DNA of 64,000 nucleotides from positions 160,001 to 224,000 of the forward strand of contig CAWHXD010000019.1 in assembly GCA_963833225.1 (NCBI GenBank), given 5' to 3'. A program made the position numbers and the translations under genes. The stretch comes from an uncultured Chloroflexia bacterium. GTDB lineage: Bacteria > Chloroflexota > Limnocylindria > Limnocylindrales > CSP1-4. The notes below the pieces were generated by a model. That model was not told the DNA's origin. It worked only from the letters and a program-made list of their open reading frames with translations, and searched no databases. Positions 18,248 through 28,132 of the stretch are shown one piece after another (positions within the stretch are counted from its first letter, which is position 1; each line of letters opens with the position of its first letter).

Positions 18248-19685
18248 TGCCAAGGGCGGGCGTCCCGGGATGATCCCCGCGGTCATCGGGCTGGATCTCG
18301 GGACCAGCGAGGTCAAGGCCGCGCTCGTCGGGCTCGACGGCACGCTGCTGGAGCTGGGGCGGGCGAGCTACCCGACCGATGCCGGGCCCGACGGTCGGGC
18401 GGAGCAGGATCCGCGCGACTGGTACGAGGCGATCGCCTCGGTCGTGCGCCCCTGGTGGACCGCTCGGCGCCCGCCCGGCGAGGAGCCGAGGCTGATCGAG
18501 GTGCTCGCGATCTGCTGCGTTGGCCAGGGCCCGACGCTCACCCCGGTCGACGCCGTCGGCAGGCCCGTGCGGCCCGCGCTGACCTGGCAGGACCGGCGCG
18601 CCGGTGCGGGCGGCTACGGCCTCCTGCCCCGGATGGCCTGGCTCGCGCGCGAGGATCCGGCGGGCGCCGCCGAGGCGCGGTGGCAGGTCGCGTCGTGGGA
18701 CGCCGTTGGCCTGTGGCTCAGCGGGGTGGCCGTGACCACCGTCCAGGCGCACGAGGTGCTGCCCTCGCCCGAGGCCCTCGCGGCCGCCGGTGTCCGGGCC
18801 TCGTCCGTCCCCGCCGCGCTGCCGTTCGGGTCCCGCCTTGGCTCGCTGCGGACCGAGGCTGCGTCCCGGCTTGGACTGGCCCCGGGTCTCCCGGTGATCG
18901 CCGGCGTGAACGACGGGACCGCGTCGATGCTGGGCGCGGGGCTTCGTGAGCCCGGCGACGCCGTGGACACCGGCGGGACGTCCGGCGGGATCGGCATCTA
19001 CACCGACCGGCCGGTCTCCGTTGACCGGGCCTTCCTGGCGCCCGCCCCGTTGCCCGGGCGCTGGGTGGTGGGTGGGGCCATGGCCGCCCTGGGCGCCTCG
19101 GTGGACTGGATGCGGTCCGTCCTGTTTGGCGATCGATGGACCTCCGACGAGTTCTTCCGCGCGGCAGCCCGTGTCCCGGCGGGGGCGGAGGGGCTGGTGT
19201 TCCTGCCGTATCTCGCGGGCGAGCGCGCCCCGATCTTCGACGAGGGGGCGCGCGGCGTGCTGTTCGGGCTGACGCTGGCCCACGGCCCGGAGCACCTCGC
19301 CCGCGCCGCGCTCGAGGGAGCCGCGTTCGCCCTGCGCCACGTCGCCGAGCCGCTGGTTGCCGCCGGTGCCCCGATCCGGGAGCTTCGCCTCGCCGGCCGC
19401 GCCTCCGCCGATGACACCTGGGCCCGGATCAAGGCCTCCGTGCTGGGCGTGCCTGCCGCCATCCCGACGGTCGGCGAGACCGCCGTCATGGGCGCGGCCA
19501 TCCTCGCCGCGGTCGGCGTCGGGGCGTTCGGATCCCTCGAGGAGGCGGTAGCGGCGATGACCTCGGTGGACCGGCGCGTCGAGCCGGTGGCCGCTGACCG
19601 GACGGCCTACGACGCGGCGTTTGGGACCTACCGGGACCTGTACCCGGCGCTGCGGCCGCCGGTCGGGGAGCGCGTCGGGGGCTGA
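18240..19685 (+). CDS. FGGY-family carbohydrate kinase (xylulokinase-like)
   Basis: GLDLGTSEVK, WQDRR, FLPYLAGERAP, ALEGAAF. Confidence 0.9.
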   Translation: MPSAKGGRPGMIPAVIGLDLGTSEVKAALVGLDGTLLELGRASYPTDAGPDGRAEQDPRDWYEAIASVVRPWWTARRPPGEEPRLIEVLAICCVGQGPTLTPVDAVGRPVRPALTWQDRRAGAGGYGLLPRMAWLAREDPAGAAEARWQVASWDAVGLWLSGVAVTTVQAHEVLPSPEALAAAGVRASSVPAALPFGSRLGSLRTEAASRLGLAPGLPVIAGVNDGTASMLGAGLREPGDAVDTGGTSGGIGIYTDRPVSVDRAFLAPAPLPGRWVVGGAMAALGASVDWMRSVLFGDRWTSDEFFRAAARVPAGAEGLVFLPYLAGERAPIFDEGARGVLFGLTLAHGPEHLARAALEGAAFALRHVAEPLVAAGAPIRELRLAGRASADDTWARIKASVLGVPAAIPTVGETAVMGAAILAAVGVGAFGSLEEAVAAMTSVDRRVEPVAADRTAYDAAFGTYRDLYPALRPPVGERVGG

Positions 19686-19748
19686 TTCCTGCCGCCTCAC
19701 CGCCCCCTCCGCGACCCCGCCCGGAGTCGGTGATAGATTCGGCGCAGA

Positions 19749-19913
19749 GCCTTCGGGGCAGGGTGCGATTCCCGACCGGTGGTAGGGCCCCGCGCGAGCG
19801 GGGTGAGCCCACGAGCGGCGCCGCGGCAATGAGCCCGCGACGTGCAGCAGATCCGAGGACCGGCGTTCGCCGGGCCGACCGGAGCCGACGGTACAGTCCG
19901 GATGAGAGAAGGC
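19749..19913 (+). ncRNA. FMN riboswitch (RFN element)
   Basis: CTTCGGGGCAGGGTGCGATTCCCGACCGGTGGTA...AGCCCACGAGC...GGAGCCGACGGTACAGTCCGGATGAGAGAAG; extended -10 TGATAGATT at 19731-19739. Confidence 0.95.
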
Positions 19914-19995
19914 CGGGCCCGCGCACGGGCCGCTCGTCCGTGCGCCTGTGCCGTCCGCCCCGTCGTGCTCGTCGGTGACATGACGGAGGCGCACG

Positions 19996-20937
19996 ATGAC
20001 GGTGACCCGGGAGCCCGCGGTGATGGACCCGCGGACACGCGCGCCCGCAGCCGCCATCGGCGTGGACGGGGTCAGCCTCACCTTCCGCGGAGCCCGAACC
20101 ACGCACGTCCTCGACCATGTCGATCTCGCCGTCCAGCCGGGAGAGGTGGTCGCCCTGATCGGGCCCAACGGCTGTGGCAAGTCCACGCTGCTGCGCGTCC
20201 TCGCGGGCCTGGTCCGGCCCGATGCAGGTGCCGTCCACATCGACGGTGACCGCGTCAGCGGCCCGGACTCGAGGGTTGGTCTCGTGTTCCAGGAGCCGAG
20301 GCTGCTCTCCTGGCGCACGGCGGAGCAGAACGTCCGCTTCCCGATGGAGCTGGCCGCCTGGTCCCGGGACCGGCAGCAGGCCCGCGCCGACGATCTGCTG
20401 GGACTGGTGGGCCTCCGCGAGTTCGCGGGCGCCCGCCCCTCGACCCTCTCGGGTGGCACGCGGCAGCGGGTCTCGATCGCCCGGGCCCTGGCCCTCGAGC
20501 CGCGGGTCCTCCTGCTCGACGAGCCGTTCAGCGCGCTCGACGCCCTGACCCGCGAGCGGTTCAACGCGGAGCTGCTGCGGCTCTGGGAGCGCACCGGGAC
20601 GACGATCATCATGGTCACCCACTCGATCCCCGAGGCGGCGTTCCTCGCGGACCGCGTGGTCGTGATGTCGCCTCGCCCGGCCCGGGTCGCCGCCGAGATC
20701 CGGGTCGACCTGCCGCGGCCGCGCCGGGTGGCCGACCTCGACTCGCCGGTCGTGAGCTCGGTGGCCGCGGCCGTCCGCGCCCACCTCGTGGACCTGACCG
20801 ACGACGCGATCGCGATGGAGGAGGCGCGGACGGCGGTGGTCGCCGGCGCCCGCCCGGGCGACCGGCCCCGGCACGACGACACGGAGCCCGGCACCCCGGC
20901 CTGGTTCGACCCGTTCCGGCCCGAGGACGAGGCATGA
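19996..20937 (+). CDS. NitT/TauT-family ABC ATP-binding protein (probable riboflavin uptake)
   Basis: GPNGCGKST, LSGG, LLLDEPF; directly under the FMN riboswitch. Confidence 0.9.
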   Translation: MTVTREPAVMDPRTRAPAAAIGVDGVSLTFRGARTTHVLDHVDLAVQPGEVVALIGPNGCGKSTLLRVLAGLVRPDAGAVHIDGDRVSGPDSRVGLVFQEPRLLSWRTAEQNVRFPMELAAWSRDRQQARADDLLGLVGLREFAGARPSTLSGGTRQRVSIARALALEPRVLLLDEPFSALDALTRERFNAELLRLWERTGTTIIMVTHSIPEAAFLADRVVVMSPRPARVAAEIRVDLPRPRRVADLDSPVVSSVAAAVRAHLVDLTDDAIAMEEARTAVVAGARPGDRPRHDDTEPGTPAWFDPFRPEDEA

Positions 20938-21788
20938 CCGGATCTGGCCGCCCGTCCACGCCGGCGCTCGAGGCAGCCGCGGCACGACCCGCCGCCTCGC
21001 CCGTTGGCGCCGCTGGCGCCGTCCCCGCGCGCCGCCGTCGAGCCTTCGGTGTCCTGTGGCCGATCGCGCTGAGCCTGGGCATGTTCGCCGTCGCCTGGCA
21101 GCTGGTCGTGCTGGTCTCCGGCTTCCCGACCTTCGTCCTGCCCGGGCCCGTCGTCGTCGCCGAGCGGTTCATCAAGGCCTGGACCGACGGCACCATGTGG
21201 CCCCACGTGGCCCAGACGATGCTCGAGATCCTGCTCGGTTTCGCCCTCGGGGCGACGCTGGCCGTGCTGGCCGGCGTGCTGCTCGCCAGGTCGCGCCTCG
21301 CGGAGCGGCTCCTGAGCCCCTACCTCGTGGCCGCCCAGGCCACGCCGGTGCTGGCCCTCGCGCCGCTGATCGTGCTGTGGTTTGGCAACGGCCTGCTGTC
21401 CAAGCTCGTCATCACCACCCTGATCGTGTTCTTCCCGGTTGCGGTGGCGACGATGGTCGGCATCCGGGGCGTGGACCCGCGCCTGCTCGAGATGGCCCGC
21501 AGCTTCCGTGCCACCGGCTGGCAGGTCATCGCCCGCATCGAGGTGCCGGCCGCGCTGCCGGCGATCCTCGGCGGGATGCGGGTTGGCGTGACGCTGGCCG
21601 TCATCGGCGCCGTGGTTGGCGAGTGGGCGGGTGGCGAGCGCGGGCTGGGCGTGCTGATCAACATCGCCCGTGGCTCCCTGTTCGACATCCCGCTCATGTT
21701 CGCCGCGCTGGCCCAGCTGGCCATCATCGGCGTGAGCCTGTACCTCGTCATGATCCTCATCGAGCGCCGGCTGGTTGGCGATCGATGA
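20934..21788 (+). CDS. NitT/TauT-family ABC permease (RibX-like)
   Basis: Multiple TM helices, EAA-like loop, GAVVGEW...GLG. Confidence 0.9.
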   Translation: MTGSGRPSTPALEAAAARPAASPVGAAGAVPARRRRAFGVLWPIALSLGMFAVAWQLVVLVSGFPTFVLPGPVVVAERFIKAWTDGTMWPHVAQTMLEILLGFALGATLAVLAGVLLARSRLAERLLSPYLVAAQATPVLALAPLIVLWFGNGLLSKLVITTLIVFFPVAVATMVGIRGVDPRLLEMARSFRATGWQVIARIEVPAALPAILGGMRVGVTLAVIGAVVGEWAGGERGLGVLINIARGSLFDIPLMFAALAQLAIIGVSLYLVMILIERRLVGDR

Positions 21789-21823
21789 TCCCCTTCCCCC
21801 CAGCCCAGGAGGTCTCCCGTTCC

Positions 21824-22861
21824 GTGTTCCGCCACTCGACCCGCCGCCCGTTCATCGGCACGCTGGCCGTCGCGCTCCTGGTCGCCGCCTGCGGCGGCTC
21901 GACGCCCACCGCTGCCCAGCCGGCGTCGACCGGGACCGGCCCCTCGCCCGCCGGCGGCCCGACCACGCTGACGGTCGGCCTGGGCTACATCCCCAGCGTC
22001 CAGTTCGCCCAGTTCTACCTCGCCGATCGCGCCGGCTACTACCGCGATGCCGGCCTCGATGTGACCCTCCAGAACAAGATCGACCCCGACCTCATCACGC
22101 TGCTCGGCCAGGGCGCCGTGGACATCGGATCGGGCGACGGCACCTCGGTGATCCCGGCCGTCAGCCAGGGGATCCCCGTCGTCTACACCTCGACCATCTA
22201 CGGATCGTTCCCGTCCATCGTCGTGGCCAAGGCCGGCTCCGGGATCGCGACGGCCGCCGACCTGCGCGGGAAGCGGATCGGGATCCCCGGTCGCTACGGC
22301 TCCTCGTGGATCATGCTCCAGGCGCTGCTCGGGTCCGCCGGCCTGACCCCCGACGACGTGACCATCGTCGAGTTCCCGGACTTTGGCCAGGCGACCGCCC
22401 TCCAGCAGGGCCAGGTCGATGCCGCCACCGGCTATGCCAACAACGAGCCGATCGCCCTGCGCAAGGCAGGCATCGAGCCCGTCGTGCTCACCGTCGACGA
22501 CGTGGTGCCGCTCCCGGGGCCGGGCCTCGTGACCGGGACGGCGACGCTCGCGTCGAAGACCGATGCCCTGCGGGCGTTCACGGCCGCCACGCTGCGGGCG
22601 ATGGAGGAGATCACCGCCAACCCGCAGGCCGGCCTCGACGCGACCTTCGCCGCCGTGCCCGACCTCGCCGCCGACGCCGACCTCCAGCGCCAGATCCTCG
22701 ACGCGACCATCGCGACCTGGAAGAACCCGCGGACCGGTGCGGCACTGGGGTCGATCGACCGTGACGGCTGGCAGCGCTCGCTCGACTTCATGACCGGCCT
22801 GGGCCTGGTCCCGAACCCGGTCACGGTGGATCAGCTGGTGGACACCTCACTCCTGCCGTAG
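21824..22861 (+). CDS. NMT1/THI5-like substrate-binding lipoprotein (RibY-like)
   Basis: Lipobox LVAAC, GYIPSVQFAQFY, GYANNEP; start 21824 or 21785. Confidence 0.85.
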   Translation: MFRHSTRRPFIGTLAVALLVAACGGSTPTAAQPASTGTGPSPAGGPTTLTVGLGYIPSVQFAQFYLADRAGYYRDAGLDVTLQNKIDPDLITLLGQGAVDIGSGDGTSVIPAVSQGIPVVYTSTIYGSFPSIVVAKAGSGIATAADLRGKRIGIPGRYGSSWIMLQALLGSAGLTPDDVTIVEFPDFGQATALQQGQVDAATGYANNEPIALRKAGIEPVVLTVDDVVPLPGPGLVTGTATLASKTDALRAFTAATLRAMEEITANPQAGLDATFAAVPDLAADADLQRQILDATIATWKNPRTGAALGSIDRDGWQRSLDFMTGLGLVPNPVTVDQLVDTSLLP

Positions 22862-22868
22862 GGCTCGA

Positions 22869-23336
22869 TCAGGACGGGGCGGGCACGACCGGATCGACGA
22901 AGGCGAAGCCCGTGGGATCATCCGTGCAGGCGTCGTCGCAGGGGTGGTCCCAGAGCTGGACACCGATCCGAAATGGCTCGCCCCAACCGGGATCCGCCAC
23001 CGCCGTCTCGAACGCCGTGTGCGGGGCGAGGTCGCGGATCGGGTCTTCGGTCGTCGACACGTAGCCGACACAGGTGAGGTCCCCCCACGGAGCGACGCGG
23101 GCGACCCAAGTTTGGTCAGTGTCGTTCCGCACACGGACCGTCGTGCCCGACGCGATCTCGACCACGATGCCGGCCGGGGCCGTCGCGTAGCCGTTCGGCG
23201 GCCACTCGTGGCTGCCACCACACGTCGTGGCCGGCGGCGCGTCGGGCCGGTCACCCACTCGCGTGGACCCGCCGCACCCCGCGACAAGGAGCGCGAGCGC
23301 GGCGATGACCGAGAAGGAACGGATGAACCTGGTCAT
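22869..23336 (-). CDS. Hypothetical lipoprotein
   Basis: Lipobox LVAGC; several Cys in the mature part. Confidence 0.65.
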   Translation of the reverse strand: MTRFIRSFSVIAALALLVAGCGGSTRVGDRPDAPPATTCGGSHEWPPNGYATAPAGIVVEIASGTTVRVRNDTDQTWVARVAPWGDLTCVGYVSTTEDPIRDLAPHTAFETAVADPGWGEPFRIGVQLWDHPCDDACTDDPTGFAFVDPVVPAPS

Positions 23337-23346
23337 GCCGGGGCGA

Positions 23347-23830
23347 TCATCGCGCGGATGGAGCGCTCACCGCTCCGCGGGACGATCGGATCTGCGGCCG
23401 CAGGAGCGCGACCGCGACGATGACCAGGGACGGGAGGAGCAGGAAGAGCCCGGCCGCCTCGGGCATCGAGTAGGCCATCGCTAGAGGGTCGGGCCCCGGC
23501 GGCGGGCACGTCTCGCAGTACGCGCCTTGTGGCGGTGGGAGCATCGCGACGAACCACCAGGACCCGGCCACGAGCAGGGCGGCGGCGCTGACAACGCGCC
23601 GAGCGCCGCCTCCGGTGAGCCATGCCGTCAAGGCACCGAGCACCGCCGCGACGGGGTCGCCCCGATGATGGCGAGGTCAACACCGACCGCCATCCATGGC
23701 AGCCGCCCGCGCCAGTAGCCGTCGCTCAGGGACCACCCGGAATTTGCGTGGTACCGCTCAGAGACTGTCCGAAGACGATGGCGAGACCGGCCACGGCAGC
23801 CACGAAGCCGCCGACGGTCGCCCATCTCAC
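23347..23830 (-). pseudogene. Frameshifted hypothetical membrane protein
   Basis: Hydrophobic segments continue across three frames (RWATVGGFVAAVAGLAIVF / DGYWRGRLPWMAVGVDLAII / LGALTAWLTGG); 5' end approximate. Confidence 0.4.
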
Positions 23831-24028
23831 CCACCGGGGCGATCGCTCCACAAGCGCGACGGTAGGCCTCGCCGCGAACGGCGTCAATCACCGAATTCAA
23901 AGCCCGGCGAAGGGTCGTCCTTGAGAGCCTGCCGCGCCCGGATCGGCGATCACGTGGGGCTCCCGCGCGGGGCCCCGAGACCATGGATGACGACTCCGGA
24001 CACAAGCTCCGGAGCCGCTGAACGGTCA

Positions 24029-24086
24029 ATCCGAACGTGATACGGTCGCGGCGGGGCCCGTAGCTCAGCGGTAGAGCAGGGGACTT
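24029..24086 (+). repeat. 58-bp direct repeat: upstream region plus 5' half of tRNA-Lys
   Basis: Matches 25814-25871 with 2 mismatches; tRNA fragment 24054-24086 stops in the anticodon loop (GGGGACTT). Confidence 0.9.
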
Positions 24087-24137
24087 CACGTCTCCGGGGA
24101 TGGGCGCCGACAGGTCCCGCCCGGTGCCGTTCCGAGT

Positions 24138-24900
24138 TCAGATCGAGCCCCTGAACGGCGCTCGGGTACCGCCCCGTACCGCCGCGCCGTCCGGGCCGTC
24201 TGACGCGTTCTCGGGAGCTTCGGAGCTATGCCCTCCGCCCTCGACGCTCGCCGAGTCGCCACGCGAGTTCCTCGACCTGCATGCTCGCCGCCTGCCCCTT
24301 CGACGCGAACCGATGTAGATGTCCGAGAACGTCCCTCTTCGCCTCGCCGGTGAGATCGAGTGCGAGGAAGGTCGCTGCTGCGGCGAACGCCGACGCGCTC
24401 GCACCGTCCTCTCCATCCAGAAATGCTCGACGATGCGGATAAGCGATGGCAGGTACCTGACCATGCCCGCGGACGACGCGGCGGCGGCACGGACGTCCTC
24501 GTCCGGATCGTCCAGTAGCGCCTCAAGCCGACGACATGCCCGATTGATCTCCTTGTCCGGGACGTCATCGCCGCGTATGGCGGCGGGGAGCTTCAGGGCG
24601 GCGGCCGCTCGTTCGAGCGGATCGGACTCTCGCTCTGTTCGATGTATGTCTCCATGGATCGCGGCCGCTCGGAGTCGGTTCCGAGGCGGAGGCCCTCACC
24701 GGACTCGGCCCATGGGCGCTCGGGCGCATAGTCGAGCCCCTCGACGCCGAGTCGTGGGCGCGATGCGATGAGTTCGTCGATCAGTTCGAGGTTTGTCCCG
24801 TGGATCAGGTCATCGGCATACGCCCGGACGAGGCCAGTGCCTCGGTCGAGGACCGTGTTGCGTCCTCTCCGCTCGGGAGGTCGTTCGCCGACATGTGCCA
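24138..24900 (-). pseudogene. Fragmented hypothetical gene with a HEAT-like repeat
   Basis: Frame containing LEALLDDPDEDVRAAAASSAG; several frame breaks; limits approximate. Confidence 0.35.
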
Positions 24901-25206
24901 GTCGCGCTCGCTCGGCGCTCGCCGGTCGAGGATGTCCCCTAGTTCGACACTCCCCCAATAGGGCTCGTCAAGCGGGGAGAGTCCCCGGCGGCGGCCGATT
25001 TTGGAGAACCGCGTAGTCCTCCCACGGGTCCCACCCGACGTGGACGATCACCTTCGGTGACGTGTACGCTCGCAGACACGTAGCGGCCATCTGAGGCTTC
25101 GACGACCTCGAAGCCCTCGTCCTCTAGGAACCCGAAGTGCCGCTCGATGACCTGTGGAGCGTGTCGGCGCAGATGCACTGTCGCAGAGTACCCGCCGGTA
25201 TGCGAC

Positions 25207-25613
25207 TCATGCGTGCCGCGCCCCCTCGATCGAGAGGAGCGCGGCGAGCCGGTGCCCGGGATCCCCGGGCAGGAGCCGGAACCAGCGTCCCTCGTCGTCG
25301 AAGCTCCCGTAGGCGGGCCGGGAGAGGGCCCGATCGACGAGGGCCTCGATCTGCGCCCACTCCTGCTCGCGCCGGGGCTGGCCGATCGGCCCACCCCCGA
25401 TCACGACGTCGAGCCCCTCGTCGTCGAGGATGAACACGGCCCCGTCCTCGTCGACCGTGACCTTGAACGAGCCGACCATGACGGCCGCCTCCTCGTCGTT
25501 CACGCCGCGGGCCTCCGGACGACGACCTCGCCCTTCGAGGACAGATGCTCCGACTGCGGGTTCCGGACTTTCAGGACCTGGCCGTTCGTCATCGTGGGCT
25601 TCGTCGGCTTCAT
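25207..25613 (-). CDS. Hypothetical acidic protein (probable frameshift near 25520)
   Basis: Strong RBS GGAGGGAGGAGGC before ATG at 25613; continues into ORF 25207..25503. Confidence 0.45.
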
Positions 25614-25838
25614 GCCTCCTCCCTCCCGAACCGCTGCTCGACCTCGGCGGCCAGTTCCCGGAGACGGTCCCCGGCTGCCCGTCGGTCAGGTTCGCGCCGA
25701 GTGCGTCGTCGGAGGAGATCGAGTGTCCGGTCTGCGGTCAGGGCGTCGTGGTGGTGTCAGAAGTGGTGTCAGGCGACCCGCGGATGCCCGTCGGGGAGGG
25801 CTCGAAGGCCCCGATCCGAACGTGATACGGTCACGCCG

Positions 25839-25913
25839 GGGCCCGTAGCTCAGCGGTAGAGCAGGGGACTTTTAATCCCTTGGTCCTGGGTTCGAATCCC
25901 AGCGGGCTCACCA
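25839..25913 (+). tRNA. tRNA-Lys(UUU)
   Basis: GGGCCCG acceptor, GGGGA-CT-TTT-AA-TCCCT anticodon arm, GGTTCGAATCC T-loop, encoded CCA. Confidence 0.97.
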
Positions 25914-26172
25914 GCCGACCCAAGCATGAAATGCCCCGAAGGTCGGACGGCAGGGATGTGGCCATAGCGTGGCGCAGGTGCATTTGGCGCTCGACCGTTC
26001 CGGGTCTCCTCGACGGGGAGTCGCGGACAGGTCTGGGCACTTAGGGCTTCGGCGCTCGCCGGCTGTCGATGGCGCCGTGGAGGTCGCTCCAGGCGTCCTC
26101 TAGGTCGGTGGGCAGGACGCGATGGTGCGGCCCCACCCGCTCGCGTGACGGGACGCGCACCGGGCTTCATGG

Positions 26173-26841
26173 CTACTCGCCGTACGCCTTGGTGGCGCCG
26201 TACTTCGCCTGAGCCTTGGTGAAGCCCTCGTACTCCAACTGGTCGATGAGGCTCGGCAGCGAGAACGACGAGTACTCGAGGTAGTCCTGCGCCTTCAGGT
26301 ACGACTGCTCCTTCCAGTTCACCTTGAGCGAGTCAACGGCGAACGTGGAGACGGTCTTGGTGAACCCTTCGTACACCAACTGGTCGATGAGTCCGCTGCG
26401 CGAGAACGACGTGTAGTCGAGGTAGTCCTGCGCCTTGGCGATGGCGTTGCGCTGCGATGCGGTGAGCGCAGGCGTGGGCTTGGGCGCAGGGATCGGATCG
26501 GGGGCCTGGGTGGCCTCGGCAGTGGGCTCCGGGGTCGGATCTGGGGTCGCCTCGGGCGACGTGGTCGCCTCGGGCGCGGGCTCCTCGGAGGCCGTGGGCT
26601 CCTCGGTCTCCGCCGGAGCCTCGGACACCTCGGCGACACCGGTTGGACTCGGCGAGGCGGCGTCACCCGAGCCGCCAGCCGAGAGATTGCTGATCGAGCC
26701 GATCACGAAGAGGGCGGCGACCACGATCAGCGCGATCCCCCAGCGCTTCTTCCACCACGGCTTCGCTGGTTGTGATTGCGGGGTCCCCGGCGGGAGCGGC
26801 GGCTGAGCATCGGCAGGGGGCGGCGGAAGGGTCGGCGTCAT
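26173..26841 (-). CDS. Ltp-family surface protein (two Ltp repeats)
   Basis: KKPWWKK-like motif (KPWWKKRW) plus TM anchor, Pro/Thr/Glu linker, two repeats AQDYL(D/E)Y(T/S)SFS...LIDQL(V/E)YEGFT. Confidence 0.85.
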   Translation of the reverse strand: MTPTLPPPPADAQPPLPPGTPQSQPAKPWWKKRWGIALIVVAALFVIGSISNLSAGGSGDAASPSPTGVAEVSEAPAETEEPTASEEPAPEATTSPEATPDPTPEPTAEATQAPDPIPAPKPTPALTASQRNAIAKAQDYLDYTSFSRSGLIDQLVYEGFTKTVSTFAVDSLKVNWKEQSYLKAQDYLEYSSFSLPSLIDQLEYEGFTKAQAKYGATKAYGE

Positions 26842-27246
26842 CGACGGGTGAGCTCCAGTACTGCAAGCGCGATTGCGCCCTGTGCGGGCAAGCCCCGTGT
26901 CCTGTCTAGGGGGTGCTGCTGGCAGGAGAGTCGGGCGTCGAATGACGCCCCGGGTACGTTGACGCTATGCACGGCGTCCTGGACGGGCAAGGGGTCGTTC
27001 GTACTGGGGAACCTATCCCGGCACCCGGCCTTCCCGGATCGGCCGAAGGCACCTGGCGAGTTCGCGGATGACCTCGATCTCCGTTGGCGCGACCGCCGCT
27101 CCAGCCCTCGGGCGCGCCATCAGCGACCGGCGGCGTTGACGCGGTACAAGTCACCAGCGACTACGGGCGCCCATGATCACGAGGAGCTCGCCGCGGGGTC
27201 ACGCACAGCCGAGAGCAGGACGCGACCGAGACCGGCCAGGGGCAAC

Positions 27247-28026
27247 CTAACGGGCCTCGAACGATCGCTTGGACAGCCCCATGAACCAGCCCTCGATGGC
27301 GGTCTTCGGCGCGTCGTCGGGCGTCGCGGCGGCGCCCAGGGTGACGAACAGCGGGGCGAAGTGCTCGACGGTCGGATGGGCGTACGGCATCCCGGGCGCC
27401 TTCTCGCGGAACGCGAACAGGGTGTCGATGTCGCCCCGCTCGAGCGCCTCGGCCACCCACCGGTCGAACTCGATCGACCAGGCGGGCGCGCCGGGGCGCC
27501 CATCCCAGTACTCGCCGAGGTAGGGCAGCCCGTGGGTCATGAACCCGGAGCCCACGATCAGCACGCCCTCGTGGCGGAGCGGTGCCAGTCGGCGCCCCAC
27601 CTCGAACAGGTGCGCCGGGTCAAGGTCGGGCATCGACACCTGGAGCACCGGCACGTCGGCATCGGGGTACATGGCCATCAGCGGAACCCAGGCGCCGTGA
27701 TCCAGGCCCCTGGTGGGACGCTCGATGACCGGCTCCGTGGCGGGCATCAGCGCCTTGACGGAGGCGGCCAGCTCGGGCGCGCCCGGGGAGCGGTACTCGA
27801 GGTCGTAGTACCGCTGGGGGAAGCCGTAGAAGTCGTAGACGAGGGGGACGGTGGTGGTCGCGGCGATGGCCATGGGGGCGGTCTGCCAGTGGGCGCTGAC
27901 CATCAGCACGGCCTTGGGCTTGGGCAGCGCCGCCGACCAGCCGGCGAGCTCCGCCATCCACAGCGGGTCGTCGAGAAGCGGCGGCGCGCCGTGGCCGAGA
28001 TAGAGGGCGGGGAGCGGAGCGGTCAT
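27247..28026 (-). CDS. LigB/DODA-type extradiol dioxygenase family protein
   Basis: LGHGAP, SAHW, YDFYGFP, RGLDHG, GSGFMTH, AHPTVEHFAPL; ATG at 28026. Confidence 0.9.
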   Translation of the reverse strand: MTAPLPALYLGHGAPPLLDDPLWMAELAGWSAALPKPKAVLMVSAHWQTAPMAIAATTTVPLVYDFYGFPQRYYDLEYRSPGAPELAASVKALMPATEPVIERPTRGLDHGAWVPLMAMYPDADVPVLQVSMPDLDPAHLFEVGRRLAPLRHEGVLIVGSGFMTHGLPYLGEYWDGRPGAPAWSIEFDRWVAEALERGDIDTLFAFREKAPGMPYAHPTVEHFAPLFVTLGAAATPDDAPKTAIEGWFMGLSKRSFEAR

Positions 28027-28132
28027 GGGCGCGAGGAACTCCGTGGGACGACGGGCTGATCCCGAACGGTCGACTGCTTGTCCGGGCGGTGCAATGCAGC
28101 CGCCGGCAGGGCGGCGACGCGGGAGGGCGACC

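Larger units (their letters stand above)
24029..25871. mobile_element. ~1.8-kb tRNA-Lys-associated islet with no integrase seen
   Basis: Bounded by the 58-bp direct repeats; carries fragmented minus-strand ORFs. Confidence 0.55.

Noticed and set aside
17874-21206. Very long opposite-strand or alternate-frame ORFs (1110 aa here; also 5979..8291, 6940..9093, 44084..46429, 61433..63265)
   Set aside because: They are shadow ORFs expected in very GC-rich DNA: Arg/Pro/Gly-rich, motif-free and overlapping well-supported genes.
26850-27240. Unassigned 400-bp stretch next to the Ltp gene
   Set aside because: No convincing ORF, att site or RNA structure could be supported by eye.
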